In this document: positions 52,855 through 64,000 of the stretch, in pieces
Position numbering within the stretch: the first letter of the stretch is position 1
Layout of the letters: each line of letters starts with the position of its first letter
DNA from: Vicugna vicugna
Taxonomy: Eukaryota
DNA length: 64,000 bases
Assembly: GCA_013265495.1 (NCBI GenBank)
Contig: MU057640.1
Coordinates: 1 to 64,000 of the forward strand
Direction: 5' to 3'
Made by a program: the position numbers and the translations under genes
Notes under the pieces: generated by a model
Database searches by the model: none
The model's input: only the letters and a program-made list of their open reading frames with translations
Told to the model about the DNA's origin: nothing

Positions 52855-54835
52855 TAAGGTGACTTAACGTTGATTGATTTTCAAATGTTAACTAAACGCT
52901 ATGTTTATTAGAAAAACTCCATGTGGTCATGATACATTTTTTATGTATCATTTGGTTTGATTTACTGAAATGTTGTTGAGAATTTCTGAATGTATGTTCA
53001 TGAGAGATACTGGTCTGTCTATTTAAAAAGCTGACTTTTAAAATAATGTCTTTGTCTGGTTTTGGTCTCAGGATAATCTTAACCTGATAGAATGATTTGA
53101 GAAATACTCCTTTGTCAATTGTTTTGGAAGAGTTTGTGTAGAATTGGTATAATTTCTTCCTTAAATATTTGGTAGAATTCACCAGTGAATCCATTTAGCC
53201 CAGGAGTTGTATTTGTGAAAAGATTTTAAAATATAAATTCAATTTCTATTGAGGTTATCTATTTCTTTTTCTTTTTCTTTGTTTCTGGGGAAGCTGTTTG
53301 TGCAGTTTATTATTGAGGTTATCTGTTACTTTGTCTTTTTCTTTTTTTTTCTGGGGAAGCTGTTTGTGCAGTTTATTTTATTTTTATTGAAGTCAGTTTA
53401 CAATGTTATGTCAATTTCTGGCGTACAGTACAATACTTGAGTCACACAGGAACATACATATATTCATTTTCATACTCTTTTTAACCATAAGCTACTACAA
53501 GCTATTGAACATAGTTCCCTGTGCTATACAGTATAAACTTATTGTTTATTTATTTTATATATGGTATTTAGTATCTGCAGATCTTGAACTCCCAATTTAT
53601 CCCTTTATTTCTTTTTGAGTAAGCTGTGAAAGTTTGAAACTTGCAAGGAATTTTTCCATTTTATTTGAGTTGTTGAATTTATTGCTTAAACTTGTTCATA
53701 ATATTCCCTTATTATTCTTCTTAATATCTGTAAAATCTATAGTGTTGACACCTCTCTCATTCTTGATACTGGTAATTTGTATTTTTTTTTCCCCCTGAAT
53801 AATCCGGCTACAAGTTTATCAGTTTTTTAAAAATCTTCTGAAAAAACTAGCATTTGGCTTCCTTTTCTCTATTTTTCTATTTTCTTACTTCATTGCTTTC
53901 TGCTCTAATCCCTACTGTTTCCTTTTTTTTCTGCTTAATTTGCATGTCTTTGTCCCTTTAGTTTATATAGGTAGAAGCTAAAGTCACTGTTTTAAGTAAG
54001 ATCTTTCTTTTTTCTAATATAGACGTATAGTGTAGGGTTTCTCAATAGTGGCACTATTGATATTTTAAGCTGGATAATTCTTTGTTGTCAGGGGCTGTCC
54101 TGGGCATTATAGAATGTTTAGCAGTATTCCTAGCCACTATTTATAAGATGCCAGTAGCATCTCACTAGTGACAAGATTGTTGTCCCCTAATGCAAGACTG
54201 TTACCTGGTTGAGAACCCCTGATTTAGTGCTATGAATTTCTGAGTACTCCTTTTGTGGCATCCCACAAATTTTGATATATTATGTTTTCATTCAGTTCAA
54301 AATACTGTCTATATTCCTTTTTGATTTTACTTTGACCCATGGGCTAATCTGAAATGTATTTTTTAGTTTCCAAATATTTGGCAATTTAATTCCATTGTGA
54401 TCAGAGATCATAGAATGAGCATACTTTGTATGGCTTGAAGCTTTTTAAATTTGAGACTTGTTTTATGGCCCAGAGTATGGTCTATATTGGTAAATGTTCC
54501 ACATGCATTTAAAGAAGGTGTATTCTGTTGTCATGGGGTAGAGTGCTCTATAAATGTCAATCAGGTCATGTTGGCCAATAATGTTTTTCATTCAGGTCTT
54601 GCTGTTTATACTCTTGATGATTTTATTCCTACTTATTCCATTAACTATTGAAAAGTTAACTATTGAAAACTATTGAAAAGGAATATATAGCCACTCCAGC
54701 TTTCTTTTGAATTATATTAATATGGTATATTTTTTTTCTATCCTTTTGCTCTGAATCTATTTGTGTCTTTATGTTTTAAGTGGGTTTATTGTAGGCAGCA
54801 TATAGTTGGGTCTTGCTTTTTTATCCAGTTCGATG
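52855..54835 (-). mobile_element. Old LINE-1 ORF2 remnant with nested younger L1 3' end (about 53377-53605) and MER20 (about 54033-54221)
   Basis: Minus ORF 52892-53194 with RT-region motif (SFYQVKIILRPKPDKDI); nested elements recognised by their end motifs. Confidence 0.8.
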
Positions 54836-56409
54836 AAGAGCTAATTAGCGTTTACTGGGGAACTAGTGTCACTGCTAAAGGTGCTGTCTCCCCTATTCCT
54901 GATTCCACTGAGGGAACATGTGGCGATGGGGGCCAGCGTTCAGGACCATGGTGGACGGTTGGAGAGCTTGTGAATACTGTTGAATCCTCCTTGCTGTGCC
55001 CACCTGGAACTGGGCAGAGGCACATGAAGGCAGGCCAACCCTCTGGGGACCCTGCGGGAAGCCAACAACTGTGCCTGAGAGAGATGAGACTTTTGAAATC
55101 TTGACTTGCACTGTTATTGACCAGTGGAAATGTTCACTGGCCTTAGTACTCTGTTTAACCAGTTGTTGGATTGTGGAAGATTAAACACTGCAAAATTTTA
55201 ATCACTGGTATGGATATATTAATTCATGCTGGCCAGTTAAATGATGTTTGCACCTCTATCATGTTTGAGTGTGCTGGGTTTAATTCTATTTGCTGTATCT
55301 TAACTCTAACCCTAAAAAATAAAGTAATGATGAGATCATCACAAGAAAAGTTTCGCCTATAATGAGTTTATAGTTCTCCTGACCTCTCCCCTGAACTTCA
55401 GGTTTATACACATAGTAAATTTTCTAACAGTTTTTACTGACCCAGATGAACTGGTTCAGAGGGTGGTCCCTTAAGGAATGCAAGGTAAGAGTTGATGATT
55501 TAACTTTAAATTAATGTGATTGAGGCAACACTGGTGTACCCAAATACAGAAATTTGAGTAAAGGAGCAAGACTTAAAAATATAATTGGGAAATGATCATA
55601 GCTGGGGTAGTAGTTTGTGTTGATTATTTCTCCAAGAATGATAGTATAAATAGGAGAACACCAATCGAGGACTAATACTTGGGGAATACCCTCAATGGGT
55701 GGGAGAAAGTAGAGGAAGCCCTGAAAGCATCAGTAGGAACAGAGGTGAAGAAGATAAACCAGAGGAGTAGAATATTGAGTTGGGGGCGGGGAGGCAGAAA
55801 GGAAAGAAGTGTACAAAGGAGAGCTGGAATTGTGGTGTCAAGTTTTGCAGAGCATTTAAGGAATGAGAACATGTAAGTCAGAGAAAGCAGAGCTTGTCTG
55901 TCTGAAGCTGTGACAGGGAACTGAAGACCCACCTGAGTTGTGGCCAGCCTCCTAACCTCCTTCTCTTTCTTTCCAAAACAACCAGTGGTCCCTAGGTCTC
56001 CTCTGTAGAAATCCGTGGGCTATGTAAAGCATAGTTCAAGAATTACTAACATCTAATACTCTTTGTAGAAATGCTGATAGCAAACCATTTTAGTACTGTG
56101 AAAGTGGCAAGATATTTAGATCCCCAAATTGGTTGACAACTTCCAGTCTATTCTCTTACTGGTCAATAGAATAATACCACAGTAAATAGCTGCCCAAATA
56201 GCAAATAAACTTGTACTAGAGCTATTTAGACAAAGGTTGGATGTTTTCCTTTAAGGGGAGTTGTCAAAGTGGTTCCTTTGTCAATGGGAGGTTAGCCTAC
56301 TATTAAATGCAGTCTCTTCCAACACTGATGATTCTCTAGTCTTATATGTCTACATTTATCCTACCTAGTAAATATCATCAAATATGATGGAATCTACTTT
56401 ATCTTTCAT

Positions 56410-57230
56410 TTCTTCAAATTAATAGTATGGCATATATATGACAGGCACTGTATTAGGATACAAGGGTACTATTTAAACAAATAAGTTTAAACAAATAAGA
56501 CACATAGTCTACCATTAGGGAAATAGAAAATTGCTGTAAGATTTGATGACTACAGTAACAGAGGTTAGCAGAGGGTGTTAATGGAATCACATGAAATGGA
56601 AGGACTCAGACAAGATAGGGGCTTGTGAGAAAAAAAAAAAAATGCTAGCTTCTTTGAAGGCTCTGAGCTGACTCTTTAAAGGTGAGTAGACTTTAACCGG
56701 AAGCAAATAGGGAAAAGTTACCTAGGCAGAGGAAGGAAAATGTACAGAGGCTCTGGAAGAGGGCATACATGATTTGGAGAACTGTAAGTAGTTTAGAATG
56801 GCTGGAGCTTAGCAAGTGAATCGGAACTGGTGAGTGAAACCAGATGAAAAAGGACTATGTTTGCCGCAGTTAGGAGTTTGGACTTTATCTTAAAAGTGAT
56901 GTGAAGCAATTCAAGGATTTTAAGCAGAGTAATTGCATGGTCAGATCTATATTTTAGAAAGCACTCTGGCGGTAGTCAGGAGAACAGATTGGAATGGACC
57001 TCTCTTGGAAGCAAAGAGGGCATTAAGTTACTAGACTTTGCAATGATGTAAACAAAAATGAGGAGAATAGAACTGATGTGGTGGGTGGAGAAATTAATTC
57101 AAGATACACTAAGGAGGTAAAATCAGTAGTTATTGGTCAGAGAAAGAGTAAAAGCAGGAATGGCTTTCAGGTGTCTGGCTTGGCCAGCCAGGTAGATATG
57201 TAGTCTTTTTTGCTAAGAGAAATAAAAAGA
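56410..57230 (-). mobile_element. LINE-2 remnant
   Basis: caggcactgtattagg...taggagtttggactttatct...ggattttaagcag...ttttagaaagcactctggc. Confidence 0.75.
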
Positions 57231-58339
57231 AAGGAGTCATATAAGCTTTTTGACTCAAGATCCTTAGAATGCCAACTTGAGCAAAGCTGTAGGTACTTTT
57301 TATTTTCTTTTATTTGCATTTATGTGTATTTTTAAAATGTGATATAAAGGACTATAGCAGGATGTATTATCAGGGAGGGCCGTGGAATTGTTTCTGAAAG
57401 TCTATTAGATTAAAGTAGACTCATTTAAGGTAGTTTGGGAATGAGTGATCTACTTAAAGGCAAAGGAATGGATTACCTTTTGTCCAGTCTTTTGATTATT
57501 TAATATCTACGTCATCTACATATAAATCACCTTTGAATTTAGAAATAAATTCATTTTTAGAAAATCCAGGCATTTTTACATTACCATTCATCTGTCAGAA
57601 TTTTTACCTTTTAAGAAGATATGTGGTAAGATTGGCTTGACTATGTAAATTAGCTAATTTGATAATAGTTCTGCTGTGGTATTATGCACTTCAAAATACA
57701 AAGTGATTTCCTTCAGAATGCAAACTTTGATTTTCAAGTCTTTCATTGGTGTCATGTGGGAATTAATGTTCAATACTTTGCTATTTAACACTCTTGACAG
57801 AGAGGATATTCCCTTTATATAGCTTTGGCACATCATTTTCTCGAGTTAAGATCTCTTTTTAGGCTGGTTGAGGTGCTTAAACCCGCAATGCTCCTTAACA
57901 GAAAACTAAAGATACTGGTTTCAGATTTTGAGATTTACTGTATAAAAGGACACTTATTCATTATGTTTACTTGGCTCTTGAATGCTTCTTTGTTTCTTAT
58001 CAGATAGATCTTCCTTCCCTGTAGTTTTGTGATTTCTACTGTGCCTTTGAAAGCATTAGAGAAGTGCCTCTTCCAGTAACAAAACAAAAGCACTTACTGT
58101 AGCTTAATACTTTTTAATTTACGGAGTCAACAATGAGACTTGGACCTTTGTCCCTAAAAACTACTAGATCACTTTGTGTCTGTAACGAGTATAGATATGA
58201 AATTATATTCTGATACTATACTGCTTGCAAGAAATTTCTTCTTTAGAAGAATTTAATCCTGGTAGAACTTTTTCTTCTTTAAATATTTTTAAACTTTTTG
58301 TTTACCTCTTTTTAGCATGTATTTTATTTAAATGTGTAA

Positions 58340-58455
58340 TTTTTATGTTTTTTGGGGGGTGGTATTAGGTTTGTTTGTTTATTTATTTTAATGGAGTTAC
58401 TGAGGATTGAAACCGCAACCTCATGCATGCTAAGCACACACTCCACTACTGAGGT
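58340..58455 (-). mobile_element. Vic-1-type SINE
   Basis: ggtattaggtttgttt...atggagttactgaggattgaa...catgcatgctaagcacacactccactactgag. Confidence 0.78.
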
Positions 58456-59035
58456 AAATATGTTTAAAGGAAACTTTATTTTATTTCTTTTTATAAAATA
58501 TATTCTATCAAAAGGCTTTTCTAGTCCCTGCTTTGCTTAGTGCCTTCTAATAGTAAGCAAACAAGAGTCCCAAATTTCAGTATTTCAGAATGATTTTATC
58601 CTAATAAAGATGAAAGTTTTCAGAATATTTTCAGAAATTGCTAGCAGTCTATAATTTTGGCATGCATGTACAGATTTCCTTATTCAGGAGTTAGAATGAA
58701 TTTGAGAGTGGGGATACTCATTGGATTATTACTATAAAAATGTTTGAAAATTCTTAGAATAACATTTCTTCAAATCCTAATAGAGATTGTTATCGTTTTA
58801 TAAGAACTAGTATTCTAATTGTCTTCTCAGAAAGCGAAATGATTTGTTTGTGTGAAGTTAGAGTTACCCTAAGAGAAAGTATACTAATTGCTCATTTCCC
58901 CCCAAAATAAACTCTTTAATTTGGGATTCTAGTTTTTTTTAATTAGCGTAGTAATCTAAACTTTAACTTATGTGAGAAGATAATAACTTTGTTTTCACAT
59001 TTCTTTTACTCTATCTGCAGGTTTTAAAAATTAAA

Positions 59036-59161
59036 ATGAATAAACTACGGCAAAGTTTTAGGAGAAAGAAAGATGTTTATGTTCCAGAGGCCAGTCGTCC
59101 ACATCAGTGGCAGACAGATGAAGAAGGAGTTCGTACTGGGAAATGTAGCTTTCCAGTTAAG
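59036..59161 (+). CDS. NUMB: NUMB endocytic adaptor protein, first coding exon (42 codons, phase-0 donor)
   Basis: Encodes [42 protein letters not shown], the NUMB N-terminus and start of the PTB domain. Exon 59021-59161 has a pyrimidine tract plus ctgcag acceptor and an AAG|gtaaga donor; 15 nt of UTR precede the ATG. Confidence 0.97.
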
Positions 59162-60689
59162 GTAAGAGCTCATGTTTCTGTAACTCTAGATGTGGAAGTT
59201 TTGACAGTTTACTGTATGTGAAATTCCATTAATTGGGGCAGTTAAAAAAGAACACTCTAAAAGTTAATCCCTTTATATTCTGCTTCAGTGGTAGAATTAG
59301 TAAGAAGAAAAATAGATTATAATGAATGAGTTTTCTCTTTATATTTAAACAGGAATTTCTGATATATAATACGGAATCACTACAAATAAGATCGCTTTTG
59401 ATGAGAATACTAATCCTGAAATATCTGTAAATCCTGAATTATCAAGAATCAAAGTATTTTCAGTGGGATATGCTTACTAAGTGGTGGGGCAGAGGGAGCA
59501 GGAGTCTGCTTAAATACAGGCCTGGTGTGTTCTAGAAAATCTTAAATCAGAAGAGTTAAATCAAAAGAGATTTTCTCTTTAATCTTGTGACTTTTAATCA
59601 TACAGAGGTCGTTTAAACTAATGCCTTCATTTGTCAGAGCAGAAAATGGAAGCTTAAAGAGGCTAAGAACATAGTGAAGCTCTAGAGAAGGAAGTTCCAT
59701 GCAGGTGCTTTTTGTTACTGCTACTTGAAACTGGAGAAGAAGGGTTTATAATTAAGGTCATGGAAGGAATAAATGTCCATACTCTACTGTTTAGTGAAAA
59801 AAAGCAATTACAGTAATTATATAAATATGCTGTGAGATGTATTAAGTATAGGTAAAAAAAAAAAAAGGAACTAAACCAAAATGTTAATATCTTGAAGAAA
59901 AAAATTTAATATAAAGTGTTAGTATTTTTCTCTATTTTTTATAATATTCTTATGTGTCAGTATTCTTATTGTGATATTCTCTTCCATTTTACTGCCTCAG
60001 TATTATTTATTGAAATGTGGACTAAAGCTTCAGAAAGAAAAAAAAATCTATGTGACAGGAAAAGTGATTTTTAGAATCTACAGGTTAAAATGATACATGG
60101 TTTTTAAAATACACAAATTTTCCACCATATGTCAATAACTAAACATTTTCCTGATTACTTAGCTTTTTTGTCTATGCAACTTGTTTGCTGAAACTTCTTT
60201 TGTAGGAATAATAAACTTGAATATTTAATTTTATATGCTTAGTATTATATTAAAATATGAAAGTAAAAAACACCTCTCTTACATAAAAATTAACACTCTT
60301 CTCTACTACCCTCCCCCCTAGCAAAATAGTAGGTTCATTTTGATTACACAAGTTGAGTATTAAGTATATGAAAGTGGGTACTTTTAGACATTCTTGATTG
60401 CTTGAAGTATACAGTGCAACCTCATAGGGGGGCAATTTGGAAATATCAGTTAAAATTTTAAATGCAGTTTTCATTGACCAGCAGTTTTACTCTTAAGAAT
60501 AACATTTAAATACATTCATAGATAAATACTGACATGAGTGATCATTCTAACATTGTTTGTAATAGCAAAAATCAGGACATAAGTTAAATGCCATAATTCT
60601 GGGATTGGATAAAGAAATCATGACATCCATTAAGTGGAGTTCTTTGCCACTATTAAAAAAAAGAATAAGGTAGATCTATATTCACATAT

Positions 60690-61500
60690 TTGGTAAATTA
60701 TTTTGAACACCTACCACGTGCCAGACAAATGCTAAATGGTAAGCAGATAAGCATCTTGCTCTTGGGGAGTTTAGAGTCTCCTTGTGGGAGAGACAGACTT
60801 TAATTAGATATTTGCATTAATAGTACATGATTACAAACCCAGATAAGTGCTTTTAAAAAGAGGAACCTGGTTCTGTAAGAGCATGTAGCAAAAAAAATTT
60901 AACCTAAACTAGGGTACAGGGAAGGCTTCCCTGAGAGAGTGACCTGATATCTAAAGACTGAGTAGGAATGAATTAGGTGCAAAGATAGGCAGAGTGTTTC
61001 AAAATTATAAAAAGTGTATGTGCATGGACCCTAGTGGTGAGAGGAAGGAATGATATTGAAGAGCTAAAGGAAGTCTGTAGTTTAGGAAGTTATATGAGAA
61101 GAATGTGGGAAGTAGTAGGGCAGAGCTTTGTAGGCCATGTTAAGGATTTTGGACTTTTAGAATAAGGGGTAACCCTTAAATGGTGTGTATTTCATTATTT
61201 GTTTATTTGTTTGTTTTATTGTGGTAAAATATACGTAATGTAAAATTTACCGTTTTAACCATTTGTAAGTGTACAGTACAGTGATATTAACAGCATTCAT
61301 ACTGTTGTGCAGTCATCAGCTCTACCTCTAGAACCTTTTCATCTTCCCAAACTGGGACTCTGGCTGCAGTTATTTGGAGGTAGCCGATAGTGGATGCAAG
61401 GAGTCTAGTGAAGGATCCCTAATCCAAGGAGAGATAATGGTAGGCTGGACTAGGGTGTAAGGTTGATACCTCATTTATTGTCCCAGACCAATAGAAGTGA
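60690..61500 (-). mobile_element. LINE-2 remnant with nested L1MB-like 3' end (about 61195-61360)
   Basis: ttgaacacctaccacgtgccagac...cagggaaggcttccctgag...gtaggccatgttaaggattttggac. Confidence 0.72.
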
Positions 61501-62674
61501 TGATCATTGATATAGGAAACACTGAAAGAATATTCTTATTCTCTGCATGTGGTTACAGAAGAATGATTTTGGTGCATTATTAAGTGATAACGACAAGGTA
61601 CAGAACAAACAGTTTATATAGAAAGATTCTGTTTGTAGTTAAAAAGAAAAATCATATATATTCGTATACATGTAAGAGATAATCTGTAAGAAGATGACAC
61701 AGGTAACTCAACTACAGAATGGGAATGAAAGATTAGGAATCTTTTACTTTTCTATGTATATCTTTTGGAACTAGTGACATTTCTTCTCATGAGCATATAT
61801 CATATTTGTAATAAGCATATATATTTTTAAAATTTTTCATTCACAGGATTCTAAGAGGCTGGTATACAGTGTTGAAATAATTGTAGTAGAGTTAATTGAA
61901 GCACTCTATTGGCTATGAAATACATAGCTGTAAAGTATTTTGTATGAGATAAGTAAGGTTCAAAATCTTTCAGTGTAGTTCTTGTTTGTCATAAGAAACA
62001 GCTGATTGGGTTGTGCTTTAAAGATAAACACATAAGATACAAGGTTATACCTTACGTGGGTAGGGAAGCTTATTTAGGGCATTTTTGTTTGGTCTTTTCC
62101 AAATGGCCTTTGAAATCCTTTCTATAAGACATTCATCCTGTCTGCTATGTTGTGCCCTCCCCTTACCTGCCTTCCTTCCCTGACCCATCCTATCCCACCC
62201 GATCCCATAAATTTATGTACAGGTGACCCAGGGTAGAAAAGGAGAATCAGAACCTGAAAATTTCCATAGCTTAGAAATAGATGCATTTCCTTAGTCAAAG
62301 TTAGCTGGCAAATGATGTCTTATCTGGCCTTGTCTTAGAGACCACTAAATTCTGAACTAGTCATAAATTGGTATAAAAAGTTTCCCATGTAGGCAACTAG
62401 TAGGGTAGCAGGCATGCTCATGGAAGGAGAACATGTTTGGGGGTAGAGAAGATGAGTTTCTTTTGAGGTACATACCAGACATGCACATGCAGATCCTCAC
62501 TGACTGCAAAACCATCCTGAACTTTGATTTTGAAGTTACAAATAAATTTTAGTGAGTAGGTGAGTTTGCAAATATGGAATCCTCGAATAATGAGGGTTGG
62601 CTATATATAAATGATTGTTGAAGTCACGAGTAAGTGACATTGCCTAGGGGAAGTGAGAATAGAAGAAGGCCTGG

Positions 62675-63544
62675 CCATCATTCAAAAATCCACAAATGAC
62701 AAATGCTGTAGAGGCTGTGGAGAAAAGGGAACCCTCCTACACTGTTGGTGGGAATGCAGTTTGGTCCAGCCACTGTGGAAAACAGTATGGAGATTCCTCA
62801 AAAGACTAGGAATAGACTTACCATATAGCCCAGGAATCCCACTCCTGGGCTTGTATCCAAAAGGAATCCTACTTCAGGATGACACCTGCACCCCAATGTT
62901 CATAGCAATGTTCATAGCAGCATTATTTACAATAGCCAAGACATGGAAACAGCCTAAGTGTCCATCAACAGATGATTGGATAAAGAAAAAGTGGTATATT
63001 TATACAATGGAATACTACTGAGCCATAAAAACCGACAGTATAATGCCATTTGCAGCAACATGGATGCTCCTGGAGAATTTCATTCTAAGTGAAGTAAGCC
63101 AGAAAGAGAAAGAAAAATACCATATGAGGTGCCTCATATGTGGAATCTAAAAAAAAAAAACAAACAAACAAAGCATAAATACAAAACAGAAATAGACTCA
63201 CAGACATAGAATACAAACTTGTGGTTGTCAAGGGGGCGGGGGGTGGGAAGGGACAGACTGGGATTTCAAAATGTAGAATAGATAAACAAGATTATACTGT
63301 ACAGCACAGGGAAATATATACAAGATCTTATGGTAGCCCACAGAGAGAAAAAAATGTGACAATGAATATATATATGTTCATGTACAAATGAAAAATTGTG
63401 CTCGACACTGGAATTTGACACAACATTGTAAAATGATTATAAATCAGTAAAAAATGTTAAAAAAAAAAAACTTTCCATAGGTCAGACAAATGGCCTCCAT
63501 CAGGCTGAAAAATAAAATCAAGACTTGTACAGTAAAAAAAAAAA
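62675..63544 (+). mobile_element. Young 5'-truncated LINE-1 with 3' transduction, inserted in an L2
   Basis: ORF2 C-terminal Cys-rich motif ([18 protein letters not shown]); two A tails; perfect 17-bp TSD aatagaagaaggcctgg (62658-62674; 63545-63561). Confidence 0.95.
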
Positions 63545-64000
63545 AATAGAAGAAGGCCTGGGACAAACCTAGAAGCAACAGGCAGTAAAATAGATATCTT
63601 CAAAGGAAAATAAGAATGAAGCCAGAGAGAAGGGAAGCCAGGAGAATGTGGTCTCAGAAGCCAAGGTTTCAAGAAAGGAGAAAGTGGTCAGATGCTATAA
63701 AGAGATCAAGTAAGAAATCCAACTTCATTAGATTAAATATTTGAAAATCTTGGTGACTTACAGTGGAGTCATGAGGATGTAGTCTAGATTTAGGAGTGAA
63801 TGGATACAAAATAAGGAGAGAGCAAGTCTAGAGATTACCAATTCAAGAAGTTTGTCAGACAAGTTTGTGTGAGGTTGGGGAGGGGTGGGAGGGGGAAGCG
63901 TTTCAAGAGGTACAAGGAAACTTCTGGTGGTAATGGCTGTCTGTTACACTGATGGTGATGATGGTTTCTCTGGTTAGGGTACTTAGCAAATTGTATACTT

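Larger units (their letters stand above)
1..64000 (+). other. NUMB: NUMB gene body (5' portion: 5'UTR exons, long introns, first coding exon)
   Basis: Contains the NUMB N-terminal coding exon and two spliceable segments resembling the human NUMB 5'UTR as recalled. The gene is expected to extend beyond both window edges. Confidence 0.85.

Noticed and set aside
59162..59221. Continuation of the NUMB ORF in the ORF track (VRAHVSV...)
   Set aside because: It lies past the AAG|gtaaga donor, so it is intron read-through rather than NUMB protein.
1..64000. CRISPR arrays, operons or other prokaryotic systems
   Set aside because: The sequence is mammalian intronic DNA and no repeat-spacer array was seen.

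Overview
Mammalian, very likely camelid (alpaca/llama/camel), genomic DNA. The taxon is inferred from tRNA-derived Vic-1-type SINEs and artiodactyl-type LINE-1 3' ends. The window appears to lie inside the 5' half of NUMB on the + strand. It holds two probable non-coding 5'UTR exons (1740-1870 and 35916-36000) and the first coding exon (59021-59161, ATG at 59036); the rest is repeat-dense intron. Main observations: (1) The 85-nt 5'UTR exon is an exonized antisense MIR that begins with ATG and, once spliced, forms a 32-codon uORF stopping 1 nt before the NUMB ATG. (2) A young sense-strand L1 keeps its 5'UTR and ORF1 but lacks most of ORF2, and rejoins just after a CAG (possible spliced, ORF1-only element). 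(3) Several retrotransposition by-products are delimited by target-site duplications (TSDs): a perfect U6 retrocopy, a tailless tRNA-Lys 5'-half retropseudogene, an L1 3' transduction linked to a mutated poly(A) signal, a SINE carrying transduced flank, and an orphan transduction splitting a MIR. Old-repeat boundaries and subfamily names are approximate and come from recalled consensus sequences; no alignments were run.
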